A DNA stretch of 64,000 nucleotides from Eledone cirrhosa (taxonomy: Eukaryota): NCBI GenBank assembly GCA_964016885.1, contig OZ024741.1, positions 3,844,001 through 3,908,000 of the forward strand. Direction: 5' to 3'. Each line of letters starts with the position of its first letter. The first letter of the stretch is position 1. The notes beneath the pieces are model-generated. The model searched no databases. It had not been told where the DNA came from and was given only the letters and a program-made list of their open reading frames with translations. Of this stretch, positions 11,001 to 23,199 are shown one piece after another. Position numbers and translations under genes: made by a program.

Positions 11001-13530
11001 GGTTTTAAAGGATGCAGTGTCTCGGCAGCTAACAATTGATGCAGGTAGTTTGTTCCATAGAGGTTTTTAAGGATGCAGTGTCTCGACAGCTAACAACTAA
11101 TGAAGGTAGTTTGTTCCATGTAGGTTTTAAAGGATCCAGTGTCTCGACAGCTAACAACTGATGTAGGTAGTTTGTTCCATGGAGGTTTTAAAGGATGCAG
11201 TGTCCCGACAGCTAACAACTGATGCAGGTAGTGTGTTCCATGGAGGTTTTTAAGGATGCAGTGTCTCGACAGCTAACAACTAATGCAGGTAGTTTGTTCC
11301 ATAGAGGTTTTTAAGGATGCAGTGTCTCGACAGCTAACAACTGATGCAGGTAGTTTGTTCCATGGAGGTTTTAATGGATCCAGTGTCTCGACAGCTAACA
11401 ACTGATGCAGGTAGTGTGTTCCATGGAGGTTTTTAAGGATGCAGTATCTCGACAGCTAACAACTGATGCAGGTAGTTTGTTCCATGGAGGTTTTTAAAGA
11501 TGCAGTGTCTCGACAGCTAACAACTGATGAAGGTAGTTTGTTCCATGGAGGTTTTTAAAGATGCAGTGTCTCGACAGCTAACAACTGATGCAGGTAGTTT
11601 GTTCCATGGAGGTTTTTAAAGATGCAGTGTCTCGACAGCTAACAACTGATGCAGGTAGTGTGTTCCATGGAGGTTTTTAAGGATGCAGTGTCTCGACAGC
11701 TAACAACTGATGCAGGTAGTTTGTTCCATGGAGGTTTTAAAGGATGCAGTGTCTCGACAGCTAACAACTGATGCAGGTAGTGTGTTCCATGGAGGTTTTT
11801 AAGGATGCAGTGTCTCGACAGCTAACAACTAATGCAGGTAGTTTGTTCCATAGAGGTTTTTAAGGATGCAGTGTCTCGACAGCTAACAACTAATGGAGGT
11901 ACTTTGTTCCATGGAGGTTTTAAATGATCCAGTGTCTCGACAGCTAACAACTGATGTAGGTAGTTTGTTCCATGGAGGTTTTAAAGGATGCAGTGTCCCG
12001 ACAGCTAACAACTGATGCAGGTAGTGTGTTCCATGGAGGTTTTTAAGGATGCAGTGTCTCGCCAGCTAACAACTGATGCAGGTAGTTTGTTCCATAGAGG
12101 TTTTTAAAGATGCAGTGTCTCGACAGCTAACAACTGATGAAGGTAGTTTGTTCCATGGAGGTTTTAAAGGATGCAGTGTCTCAACAGCTAACAACTGATG
12201 CAGGTAGTTTGTTCCATGGAGGTTTTAAAGGAAGCAGTGTCTCGACAGCTAACAACTGATGCAGGTAGTTTGTTCCATAGAGGTTTTAAAGGATGCAGTG
12301 TCTCGACAGCTAACAACTGATGCTGGTAGTTTGTTCCATGGATGTTTTAAAGGATGCAGTGTCTCGACAGCTAACAACTGATGAAGGTAGTTTGTTCCAT
12401 GGAGGTTTTAAAGGATGCAGTATCTCAAAAGCTAACAACTGATGCAGGTAGTTTGTTCCATAGAGGTTTTAAAGGATGCAGTGTCTCGACAGCTAACAAC
12501 TGATGCAGGTAGTTTGTTCCATGGATGTTTTAAAGGATGCAGTGTCTTGACAGCTAACAGCTGATGGAGGTAGTTTGTTCCATGGATGTTTTAAAGGATG
12601 CAGTCTCGCGACAGCTAACAAACGATGCTGGTAGTTTGTTCCATGGAGGTTTTAAAGGATCCAGTGTCTCGACAGCTAACAGCTGATGCTGGTAGTTTGT
12701 TCTATGGAGGTTTTAAAGGATGCAGTGTCTCGACAGCTAACAACTGGTGTAGGTAGTTTGTTCCATGGAGGTTTTAAAGGATGGAGTGTCTCGACAGCTA
12801 ACAACTGATGCAGGTAGTTTGTTCCATGGAGGTTTTAAAGGATGCAGTATCTCAAAAGCTAACAACTGATGCAGGTAGTTTGTTCTATAGAGGTTTTAAA
12901 GGATGCAGTGTCCCGACAGCTAACAACTGATGCAGGTAGTTTGTTCCATAGAGGTTTTTAAGGATGCAGTGTCTCGACAGCTAACAACTGATGCAGGTAG
13001 TTTGTTCCATGGAGGTTTTGATGGATCCAATGTCTCGACAGCTAACAACTGATGCAGGTAGTTTGTTCCATAGAGGTTTTAAAGGATGCAGTGTCTCGGC
13101 AGCTAACAACTGATGCAGGTAGTTTGTTCCATAGAGGTTTTTAAGGATGCAGTGTCTCGACAGCTAACAACTAATGAAGGTAGTTTGTTCCATGTAGGTT
13201 TTAAAGGATCCAGTGTCTCGACAGCTAACAACTGATGTAGGTAGTTTGTTCCATGGAGGTTTTAAAGGATGCAGTGTCCCGACAGCTAACAACTGATGCA
13301 GGTAGTGTGTTCCATGGAGGTTTTTAAGGATGCAGTGTCTCGACAGCTAACAACTAATGCAGGTAGTTTGTTCCATAGAGGTTTTTAATGATGCAGTGTC
13401 TCGACAGCTAACAACTGATGCAGGTAGTTTGTTCCATGGAGGTTTTAATGGATCCAGTGTCTCGACAGCTAACAACTAATGGAGGTACTTTGTTCCATGG
13501 AGGTTTTAAATGATCCAGTGTCTCGACAGC
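5730..13530 (+). repeat. Higher-order duplication, 79-monomer offset (~4,820 bp): ~5730-8710 repeated at ~10550-13530
   Basis: CTCGGCAG lies at 6205/11025 (offset 4820 = 79x61+1). Other matched markers are CTCGCCAG ~7240/~12060, GGATCCAATG ~8205/~13025 and TTTTTAATGATGC ~8565/~13385, with the same monomer order in between. Confidence 0.85.
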
Positions 13531-16500
13531 TAACAACTGATGTAGGTAGTTTGTTCCATGGAGGTTTTAAAGGATGCAGTGTCCCGACAGCTAACAACTG
13601 ATGCAGGTAGTGTGTTCCATGGAGGTTTTTAAGGATGCAGTGTCTCGACAGCTAACAACTGATGCAGGTAGTTTGTTCCATAGAGGTTTTTAAAGATGCA
13701 GTGTCTCGACAGCTAACAACTGATGCAGGTAGTTTGTTCCATGGAGGTTTTAATGGATTCAGTGTCTCAACAGCTAACAACTGATGAAGGTAGTTTGTTC
13801 CATGGAGGTTTTAAAGGATGCAGTATCTCGAAAGCTAACAACTGATGCAGGTAGTTTGTTCCATAGAGGTTTTAAAGGATGCAGTGTCCCGACAGCTAAC
13901 AACTGATGCAGGTATTGTGTTCCATGGAGGTTTTTAAAGATGCAGTGTCTCGACAGCTAAAAACTGATTCTGGAAGTTTGTTCCATGGAGGTTTCAAACG
14001 ATCCAGTGTCTCGACAGCTAACAACTGATGCAGGTAGTTTGTTCCATGGATGTTTTAAAGGATGCAGTGTCTTGACAGCTAACAGCTGATGGAGGTAGTT
14101 TGTTCCATGGATGTTTTAAAGGATGCAGTCTCGCGACAGCTAACAACCGATGCTGGTAGTTTGTTCCATGGAGGTTTTAAAGAATCCAGTGTCTCGACAG
14201 CTAACAGCTGATGCTGGTAGTTTGTTCTATGGAGGTTTTAAAGGATGCAGTGTCTCGACAGCTAACAACTGGTGCAGGTAGTTTGTTCCATGGAGGTTTT
14301 AAAGGATGCAGTGTCTCGACAGCTAACAACTGATGAGGGTAGTTTGTTCCATGGAGGTTTTAAAGGATGGAGTGTCTCGACAGCTAACAACTGATGCAGG
14401 TAGTTTGTTCCATGGAGGTTTTAAAGGATGCAGTATCTCAAAAGCTAACAACTGATGCAGGTAGTTTGTTCTATAGAGGTTTTAAAGGATGCAGTGTCCC
14501 GACAGCTAACAACTGATGCAGGTAGTTTGTTCCATAGAGGTTTTTAAGGATGCAGTGTCTCGACAGCTAACAACTGATGCAGGTAGTTTGTTCCATGGAG
14601 GTTTTGATGGATCCAGTGTCTCGACAGCTAACAACTGATGCAGGTAGTTTGTTCCATAGAGGTTTTAAAGGATGCAGTGTCTCGGCAGCTAACAATTGAT
14701 GCAGGTAGTTTGTTCCATAGAGGTTTTTAAGGATGCAGTGTCTCGACAGCTAACAACTAATGAAGATAGTTTGTTCCATGTAGGTTTTAAATGATCCAGT
14801 GTCTCGACAGCTAACAACTGATGTAGGTAGTTTGTTCCATGGAGGTTTTAAAGGATGCAGTGTCCCGACAGCTAACAACTGATGCAGGTAGTGTGTTCCA
14901 TGGAGGTTTTTAAGGATGCAGTGTCTCGACAGCTAACAACTGATGCAGGTAGTTTGTTCCATAGAGGTTTTTAAAGATGCAGTGTCTCGACAGCTAACAA
15001 CTGATGAAGGTAGTTTGTTCCATGGATGTTTTAAAGGATGCAGTGTCTCAACAGCTAACAACTGATGCAGGTAGTTTGTTCCATGGAGGTTTTAAAGGAA
15101 GCAGTGTCTCGACAGCTAACAACTGATGCAGGTAGTTTGTTCCATAGAGGTTTTAAAGGATGCAGTGTCTCGACAGCTAACAACTGATGCAGGTAGTTTG
15201 TTCCATGGATGTTTTAAAGGATGCAGTGTCTCGACAGCTAACAACTGATGAAGGTAGTTTGTTCCATGGAGGTTTTAAAGGATGCAGTATCTCAAAAGCT
15301 AACAACTGATGCAGGTAGTTTGTTCCATAGAGGTTTTAAAGGATGCAGTGTCTCGACAGCTAACAACTGATGCAGGTAGTTTGTTCCATGGATGTTTTAA
15401 AGGATGCAGTGTCTTGACAGCTAACAGCTGATGGAGGTAGTTTGTTCCATGGATGTTTTAAAGGATGCAGTCTCGCGACAGCTAACAAACGATGCTGGTA
15501 GTTTGTTCCATGGAGGTTTTAAAGGATCCAGTGTCTCGACAGCTAACAGCTGATGCTGGTAGTTTGTTCTATGGAGGTTTTAAAGGATGCAGTGTCTCGA
15601 CAGCTAACAACTGGTGCAGGTAGTTTGTTCCATGGAGGTTTTAAAGGATGCAGTGTCTCGACAGCTAACAACTGATGAGGGTAGTTTGTTCCATGGAGGT
15701 TTTAAAGGATGGAGTGTCTCGACAGCTAACAACTGATGCAGGTAGTTTGTTCCATGGAGGTTTTAAAGGATGCAGTATCTCAAAAGCTAACAACTGATGC
15801 AGGTAGTTTGTTCTATAGAGGTTTTAAAGGATGCAGTGTCCAGACAGCTAACAACTGATGCAGGTAGTTTGTTCCATAGAGGTTTTTAAGGATGCAGTGT
15901 CTCGACAGCTAACAACTGATACAGGTAGTTTGTTCCATGGAGGTTTTGATGGATCCAGTGTCTCGACAGCTAACAACTGATGCAGGTAGTTTGTTCCATG
16001 GAGGTTTTAAAGGATGCAGTGTCTCGGCAGCTAACAACTGATGCAGGTAGTTTGTTCCATAGAGGTTTTTAAGGATGCAGTGTCTCGACAGCTAACAACT
16101 AATGAAGGTAGTTTGTTCCATGTAGGTTTTAAAGGATCCAGTGTCTCGACAGCTAACAACTGATGTAGGTAGTTTGTTCCATGGAGGTTTTAAAGGATGC
16201 AGTGTCCCGACAGCTAACAACTGATGCAGGTAGTGTGTTCCATGGAGGTTTTTAAGGATGCAGTGTCTCGACAGCTAACAACTAATGCAGGTAGTTTGTT
16301 CCATAGCGGTTTTTAATGATGCAGTGTCTCGACAGCTAAGAACTGATGTAGGTAGTTTGTTCCATGGAGGTTTTAAAGGATGCAGTGTCCCGACAGCTAA
16401 CAACTGATGCAGGTAGTGTGTTCCATGGAGGTTTTTAAGGATGCAGTGTCTCGACAGCTAACAACTGATGCAGGTAGTTTGTTCCATAGAGGTTTTTAAA

Positions 16501-18361
16501 GATGCAGTGTCTCGACAGCTAACAACTGATGCAGGTAGTTTGTTCCATGGAGGTTTTAATGGATTCAGTGTCTCGACAGCTAACAACTGATGCAGGTAGT
16601 GTGTTCCATGGAGGTTTTAAAGGATGCAGTATCTCAAAAGCTAACAACTGATGCAGGTACTTTGTTCCATGGAGGTTTTAAATGATTCAGTGTCTCGACA
16701 GCTAACAACTGATGTAGGTAGTTTGTTCCATGGAGGTTTTAAAGGATGCAGTGTCTCGACAGCTAACAACTGATGAAGGTAGTTTGTTCCATGGATGTTT
16801 TAAAGGATGCAGTGTCTCAACAGCTAACAACTGATGCAGGTAGTTTGTTCCATGGAGGTTTTAAAGGAAGCAGTGTCTCGACAGCTAACAACTGATGCAG
16901 GTAGTTTGTTCCATAGAGGTTTTAAAGGATGCAGTGTCTCGACAGCTAACAACTGATGCAGGTAGTTTGTTCCATGGATGTTTTAAAGGATGCAGTGTCT
17001 CGACAGCTAACAACTGATGAAGGTAGTTTGTTCCATGGAGGTTTTAAAGGATGCAGTATCTCAAAAGCTAACAACTGATGCAGGTAGTTTGTTCCATAGA
17101 GGTTTTAAAGGATGCAGTGTCCCGACAGCTAACAACTGATGCAGGTATTGTGTTCCATGGAGGTTTTTAAAGATGCAGTGTCTCGACAGCTAAAAACTGA
17201 TGCAGGTAGTTTGTTCCATGGAGGTTTTAATGGATCCAGTGTCTCGTCAGCTAACAACTGATGAAGGTAGTTTGTTCCATGGATGTTTTAAAGGATGCAG
17301 TGTCTCGACAGCTAACAACTGATGCAGGTAGTTTGTTCCATGGATGTTTTAAAGGATGCAGTGTCTCGACAGCTAACAACTGATGAAGGTAGTTTGTTCC
17401 ATGGAGGTTTTAAAGGATGCAGTATCTCAAAAGCTAACAACAGATGCAGGTAGTTTGTTCCATAGAGGTTTTAAAGGATGCAGTGTCCCGACAGCTAACA
17501 ACTGATGCAGGTAGTGTGTTCCATGGAGGTTTTTAAGGATGCAGTGTCTCGACAGCTAACAACTGATGCAGGTAGTTTGTTCCATGGAGGTTTTAATGGA
17601 TCCAGTGTCTCGACAGCTAACAACTAATGAAGGTAGTTTGTTCCATGGAGGTTTTAAAGGATCCAGTGTCTCGACAGCTAACAACTGATGTAGGTAGTTT
17701 GTTCCATGGAGGTTTTAAAGGATGCAGTGTCCTGACAGCTAACAACTGATGCAGGTAGTGTGTTCCATGGAGGTTTTTAAGGATGCAGTGTCTCGACAGC
17801 TAACAAATGATGCAGGTAGTTTGTTCCATAGAGGTTTTTAAAGATAGCAGTGTCTCGACAGCTAACTACTGATGAAGGTAGTTTGTTCCATGGAGGTTTT
17901 AAAGGATGCAGTGTCTCGACAGCTAACAATTGATGCAGGTAGTTTGTTCCATGGAGTTTTTAATGGATCCAGTGTCTCAACAGCTAACAACTGATGAAGG
18001 TAGTTTGTTCCATGGATGTTTTAAGGGATGCAGTGTCTCGACAGCTAACAACTGATGCAGGTAGTTTGTTTCATGGAGGTTTTAAAGGGAGCAGTGTCTC
18101 GACAGCTAACAACTGATGCAGGTAGTTTGTTCCATAGAGATTTTAAAGGATGCAGTGTCTCGACAGCTAACAACTGATGCAGGTAGTTTGTTCCATGGAG
18201 GTTTGAAAGGATGCAGTGTCTCGACCGTTAACAACTGATGCAGGTAGTTTGTTCCATGGAGGTTTTAAAGGATGTAGTGTCTCGACAGCTAACAACTGAT
18301 CCACGTAGTTTGTTCCATGGATGTTTTAAAGGATGCAGTGTCTCGACAGCTAACAACTGAT

Positions 18362-21300
18362 GCAGGTAGTTTGTTCCATAGAGGTTTTAAAGGATGCAGT
18401 GTCTCGACAGCTAACAGCTGATGCTGGTAGTTTGTTCCATGGAGGTTTTAAAGGATGCAGTATCTCGACAGCTAACAACTGATGCAGGTAGTTTGTTCCA
18501 TGGAGGTTTTAATGGATGCAGTATCTCAAAAGCTAACAACTGATGCAGGTAGTTTGTTCCATGGAGGTTTTAATGGATCCAGTGTCTCGACAGCTAACAA
18601 CTAATGAAGGTAGTTTGTTCCATGGAGGTTTTAAAGGATGCAGTGTCTCGACAGCTAACAACTGATGCAGGTAGTTTGTTCCATAGAGGTTTTTAAGGAT
18701 GCAGTGTCTTGACAGCTAACAACTGATGCAGGTAGTTTGTTCCATGGAGGTTTTAATGGATCCAGTGTCTCGACAGCTAACAACTAATGAAGGTAGTTTG
18801 TTCCATGGAGGTTTGAAAGGATCCGATGTCTCGACAGCTAACAACTGATGCAAGTAGTTTGTTCCATGGAGGTTTTAAAGGATGCAGTGTCTCGACAGCT
18901 AACAACTGATGCAAGTAGTTTGTTCCATGGAGGTTTTAAACGATGCAGTTTCTCGACAGCTAACAACTGATTCTGGTAGTTTGTTCCATGGAGGTTTTAA
19001 AGGATGCAGTGTCTTGACAGCTAACAACTGGTGCTGGTAGTTTGTTTCATGGAGGTTTTAAAGGATGCAGTGTCTCGACAGCTAACAACTGGTGCAGGTA
19101 GTCTGTTCCATGGAGGTTTTTAAGGATGCAGTGTCTCGACAGCTAACAACTGATGCAGGTAGTTTGTTCCATAGAGGTTTTTAAGGATGCAGTGTGTCGA
19201 CAGCTAACAACTGATGCAGGTAGTTTGTTCCATGGAGGTTTTAAAGGATGCAGTGTCTCGACAGCTAACAACTGATGCAGGTAGTTTATTCCATGGAGGT
19301 TTTAATGGATCCAGTGTCTCGACAGCTAACAACTGATGCAGGTAGTTTGTTCCATGGAGGTTTTAAAGGATGCAGTGTCTCGACAGCTAACAACTGATGC
19401 AGGTAGTTTGTTCCATGGAGGTTTTAATGGATCCAGTGTCTCGACAGCTAACAACTGATGCAGGTAGTTTGTTCCATGGAGGTTTTAATGGATCCAGTGT
19501 CTCGACAGCTAACAACTAATGGAGGTAGTTTGTTCCATGGAGGTTTTAAAGGATCCAGTGTCTCGACAGCTAACAACTGATGTAGGTAGTTTGTTCCATG
19601 GAGGTTTTAAAGGATGCAGTGTCTCGACAGCTAACAACTGATGCAAGTAGTTTGTTCCATGGAGGTTTTAAAGGATGCAGTGTCTCGACAGCTAACAACT
19701 GATGCAGGTAGTTTATTCCATAGAGGTTTTAAAGGATGCAGTGTCTCGACAGCTAACAACTGATGCAGGTAGTTTGTTCCATAGAGGTTTTTAAGGATGC
19801 AGTGTCTCGACAGCTAACAACTGATGCAGGTAGTTTGTTCCATGGAGGTTTTAATGGATCCAGTGTCTCGACAGCTAACAACTGATGTATGTAGTTTGTT
19901 CCATGGAGGTTTTAAAGGATGCAGTGTCTCGACAGCTAACAACTAATGAAGGTAGTTTGTTCCATGGAGGTTTTTAAGGATGCAGTGTCTCGACAGCTAA
20001 CAACTAATGAAGGTAGTTTGTTCCATGGAGGTTTTAAAAGATGCAGTGTCTCGACAGCTAACAACTGATGCAGGTAGTTTGTTCCATGTAGGTTTTAAAG
20101 GAAGCAGTGTCTCGACAGCTAACAACTTATGCAGGTAGTTTGTTCCATAGAGGTTTTAAAGGATGCAGTGTCTCAACAGCTAACAACTGATGAAGGTAGT
20201 TTGTTCCATGGATGTTTTAAAGGATGCAGTGTCTCGACAGCTAACAACTGATGCAGGTAGTTTGTTCCATAGAGGTTTTAAAGGATGCAGTGTCTCGACA
20301 GCTAACAACTGATGCAGGTAGTTTGTTCCATGGAAGTTTTAAAGGATGCAGTGTCTCGACAGCTAATAACTGATGCAGGTAGTTTGTTCCATGGATGTTT
20401 TAAAGGATGCAGTGTCTCGACAGCTAACAACTGATGCAGGTAGTTTGTTCCATGTAGGTTTTAAAGGAAGCAGTGTCTCGACAGCTAACAACTGATGCAG
20501 GTAGTTTGTTCCATGGAGGTTTTAAAGGATGCAGTGTCTCGACAGCTAACAACTGATGCAAGTAGTTTGTTCCATGGAGGTTTTAAAGGATGCAGTGTCT
20601 CGACAGCTAACAATTGATGCAGGTAGTTTATTCCATGGAGGTTTTAATGGATCCAGTGTCTCAACAGCTAACAACTGATGAAGGTAGTTTGTTCCATGGA
20701 TGTTTTAAAGGATGCAGTGTCTCGACAGCTAACAACTGATGCAGGTAGTTTGTTCCATGTAGGTTTTAAAGGAAGCAGTGTCTCGACAGCTAACAACTTA
20801 TGCAGGTAGTTTGTTCCATAGAGGTTTTAAAGGATGCAGTGTCTCGACAGCTAACAACTGATGCAGGTAGTTTGTTCCATGGAGGTTTTAAAGGATGTAG
20901 TGTCTCGACAGCTAACAACTGATGCAGGTAGTTTGTTCCATGGATGTTTTAAAGGATGCAGTGTCTCGACAGCTAACAACTGATGCAGGTAGTTTGTTCC
21001 ATAGAGGTTTTAAAGGATGCAGTGTCCCGACAGCTAACAACTGATGCAGGTAGTGTGTTCCATGGAGGTTTTTAAGGATGCAGTGTCTCGACAGCTAACA
21101 ACTGATGCAGGTAGTTTGTTCCATGGAGGTTTTAATGGATCCAGTGTCTCGACAGCTAACAACTAATGAAGGTAGTTTGTTCCATGGAGGTTTTAAAGGA
21201 TCCAGTGTCTCGACAGCTAACAACTGATGTAGGTAGTTTGTTCCATGGAGGTTTTAAAGGATGCAGTGTCCTGACAGCTAACAACTGATGCAGGTAGTGT

Positions 21301-22870
21301 GTTCCATGGAGGTTTTTAAGGATGCAGTGTCTCGACAGCTAACAACTTATGCAGGTAGTTTGTTCCATGGAGGTTTTAATGGATCCAGTGTCTCAACAGC
21401 TAACAACTGATGAAGGTAGTTTGTTCCATGGATGTTTTAAAGGATGCAGTTTTTTCGACAGCTAACAACTGATGCAGGTAGTTTGTTCCATAGAGGTTTT
21501 AAAGGATGCAGTGTCTCGACAGCTAACAGCTGATGCTGGTAGTTTGTTCCATGGAGGTTTTAAAGGATGCAGTATCTCGACAGCTAACAACTGATGCAGG
21601 TAGTTTGTTCCATGGAGGTTTTAATGGATGCAGTATCTCAAAAGCTAACAACTGATGCAGGTAGTTTGTTCCATGGAGGTTTTACTGGATCCAGTGTCTC
21701 GACAGCTAACAACTAATGAAGGTAGTTTGTTCCATGGAGGTTTTAAAGGATGCAGTGTCTCGACAGCTAACAACTGATGCAGGTAGTTTGTTCCATAGAT
21801 GTTTTTAAGGATGCAGTGTCTTGACAGCTAACAACTGATGCAGGTAGTTTGTTCCATGGAGGTTTTAATGGATCCAGTGTCTCGACAGCTAACAACTAAT
21901 GAAGGTAGTTTGTTCCATGGAGGTTTGAAAGGATCCAATGTCTCGACAGCTAACAACTGATGCAAGTAGTTTGTTCCATGGAGGTTTTAAAGGATGCAGT
22001 GTCTCGACAGCTAACAACTGATGCAAGTAGTTTGTTCCATGGAGGTTTTAAAGGATGCAGTGTCTCGACAGCTAACAACTGATTCTGGTAGTTTGTTCCA
22101 TGGAGGTTTTAAAGGATGCAGTGTCTTGACAGCTAACAACTGGTGCTGGTAGTTTGTTCCATGGAGGTTTTAAAGGATGCAGTGTCTCGACAGCTAACAA
22201 CTGATGCAGGTAGTGTGTTCCATGGAGGTTTTTAAGGATGCAGTGTCTCGACAGCTAACAACTGATGCAGGTAGTTTGTTCCATAGAGGTTTTTAAGGAT
22301 GCAGTGTCTCGACAGCTAACAACTGATGCAGGTAGTTTGTTCCATGGAGGTTTTAAAGGATGCAGTGTCTCGACAGCTAACAACTGATGCAGGTAGTTTA
22401 TTCCATGGAGGTTTTAATGGATCCAGTGTCTCGACAGCTAACAACTGATGCAGGTAGTTTGTTCCATGGAGGTTTTAAAGGATGCAGTGTCTCGACAGCT
22501 AACAACTGATGCAGGTAGTTTGTTCCATGGAGGTTTTAATGGATCCAGTGTCTCGACAGCTAACAACTGATGCAGGTAGTTTGTTCCATGGAGGTTTTAA
22601 TGGATCCAGTGTCTCGACAGCTAACAACTAATGGAGGTAGTTTGTTCCATGGAGGTTTTAAAGGATCCAGTGTCTCGACAGCTTACAACTGATGTAGGTA
22701 GTTTGTTCCATGGAGGTTTTAAAGGATGCAGTGTCTCGACAGCTAACAACTGATGCAAGTAGTTTGTTCCATGGAGGTTTTAAAGGATGCAGTGTCTCGA
22801 CAGCTAACAACTGATGCAGGTAGTTTATTCCATAGAGGTTTTAAAGGATGCAGTGTCTCGACAGCTAACA
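18362..22870 (+). repeat. Higher-order duplication, 51-monomer offset (3,112 bp): ~18362-19760 repeated at ~21474-22870
   Basis: GTTTGAAAGGATCC lies at 18811/21923 (offset 3112 = 51x61+1). Both copies continue with two GCAAG monomers, TCTGG-CTTGAC, GGTGCTGG and TTTATTCC monomers in the same order. Several private substitutions separate the copies. Confidence 0.8.
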
Positions 22871-23199
22871 ATTGATGCAGGTAGTTTATTCCATGGAGGT
22901 TTTAATGGATCCAGTGTCTCAACAGCTAACAACTGATGAAGGTAGTTTGTTCCATGGATGTTTTAAAGGATGCAGTGTCTCGACAGCTACCAACTGATGC
23001 AGGTAGTTTGTTCCATGTAGGTTTTAAAGGAAGCAGTGTCTCGACAGCTAACAACTGATGCAGGTAGTTTGTTCCATAGAGGTTTTAAAGGATGCAGTGT
23101 CTCGACAGCTAACAACTGATGCAGGTAGTTTGTTCCATGGAAGTTTTAAAGGATGCAGTGTATCGACAGCTAATAACTGATGCAGGTAGTTTGTTCCAT

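Noticed and set aside
21446-21460. GCAGTTTTTTCGAC T-run with +1 bp as a terminator or insertion footprint
   Set aside because: It is a single occurrence with no hairpin or target-site duplication. A local mutation or homopolymer sequencing error explains it more simply.
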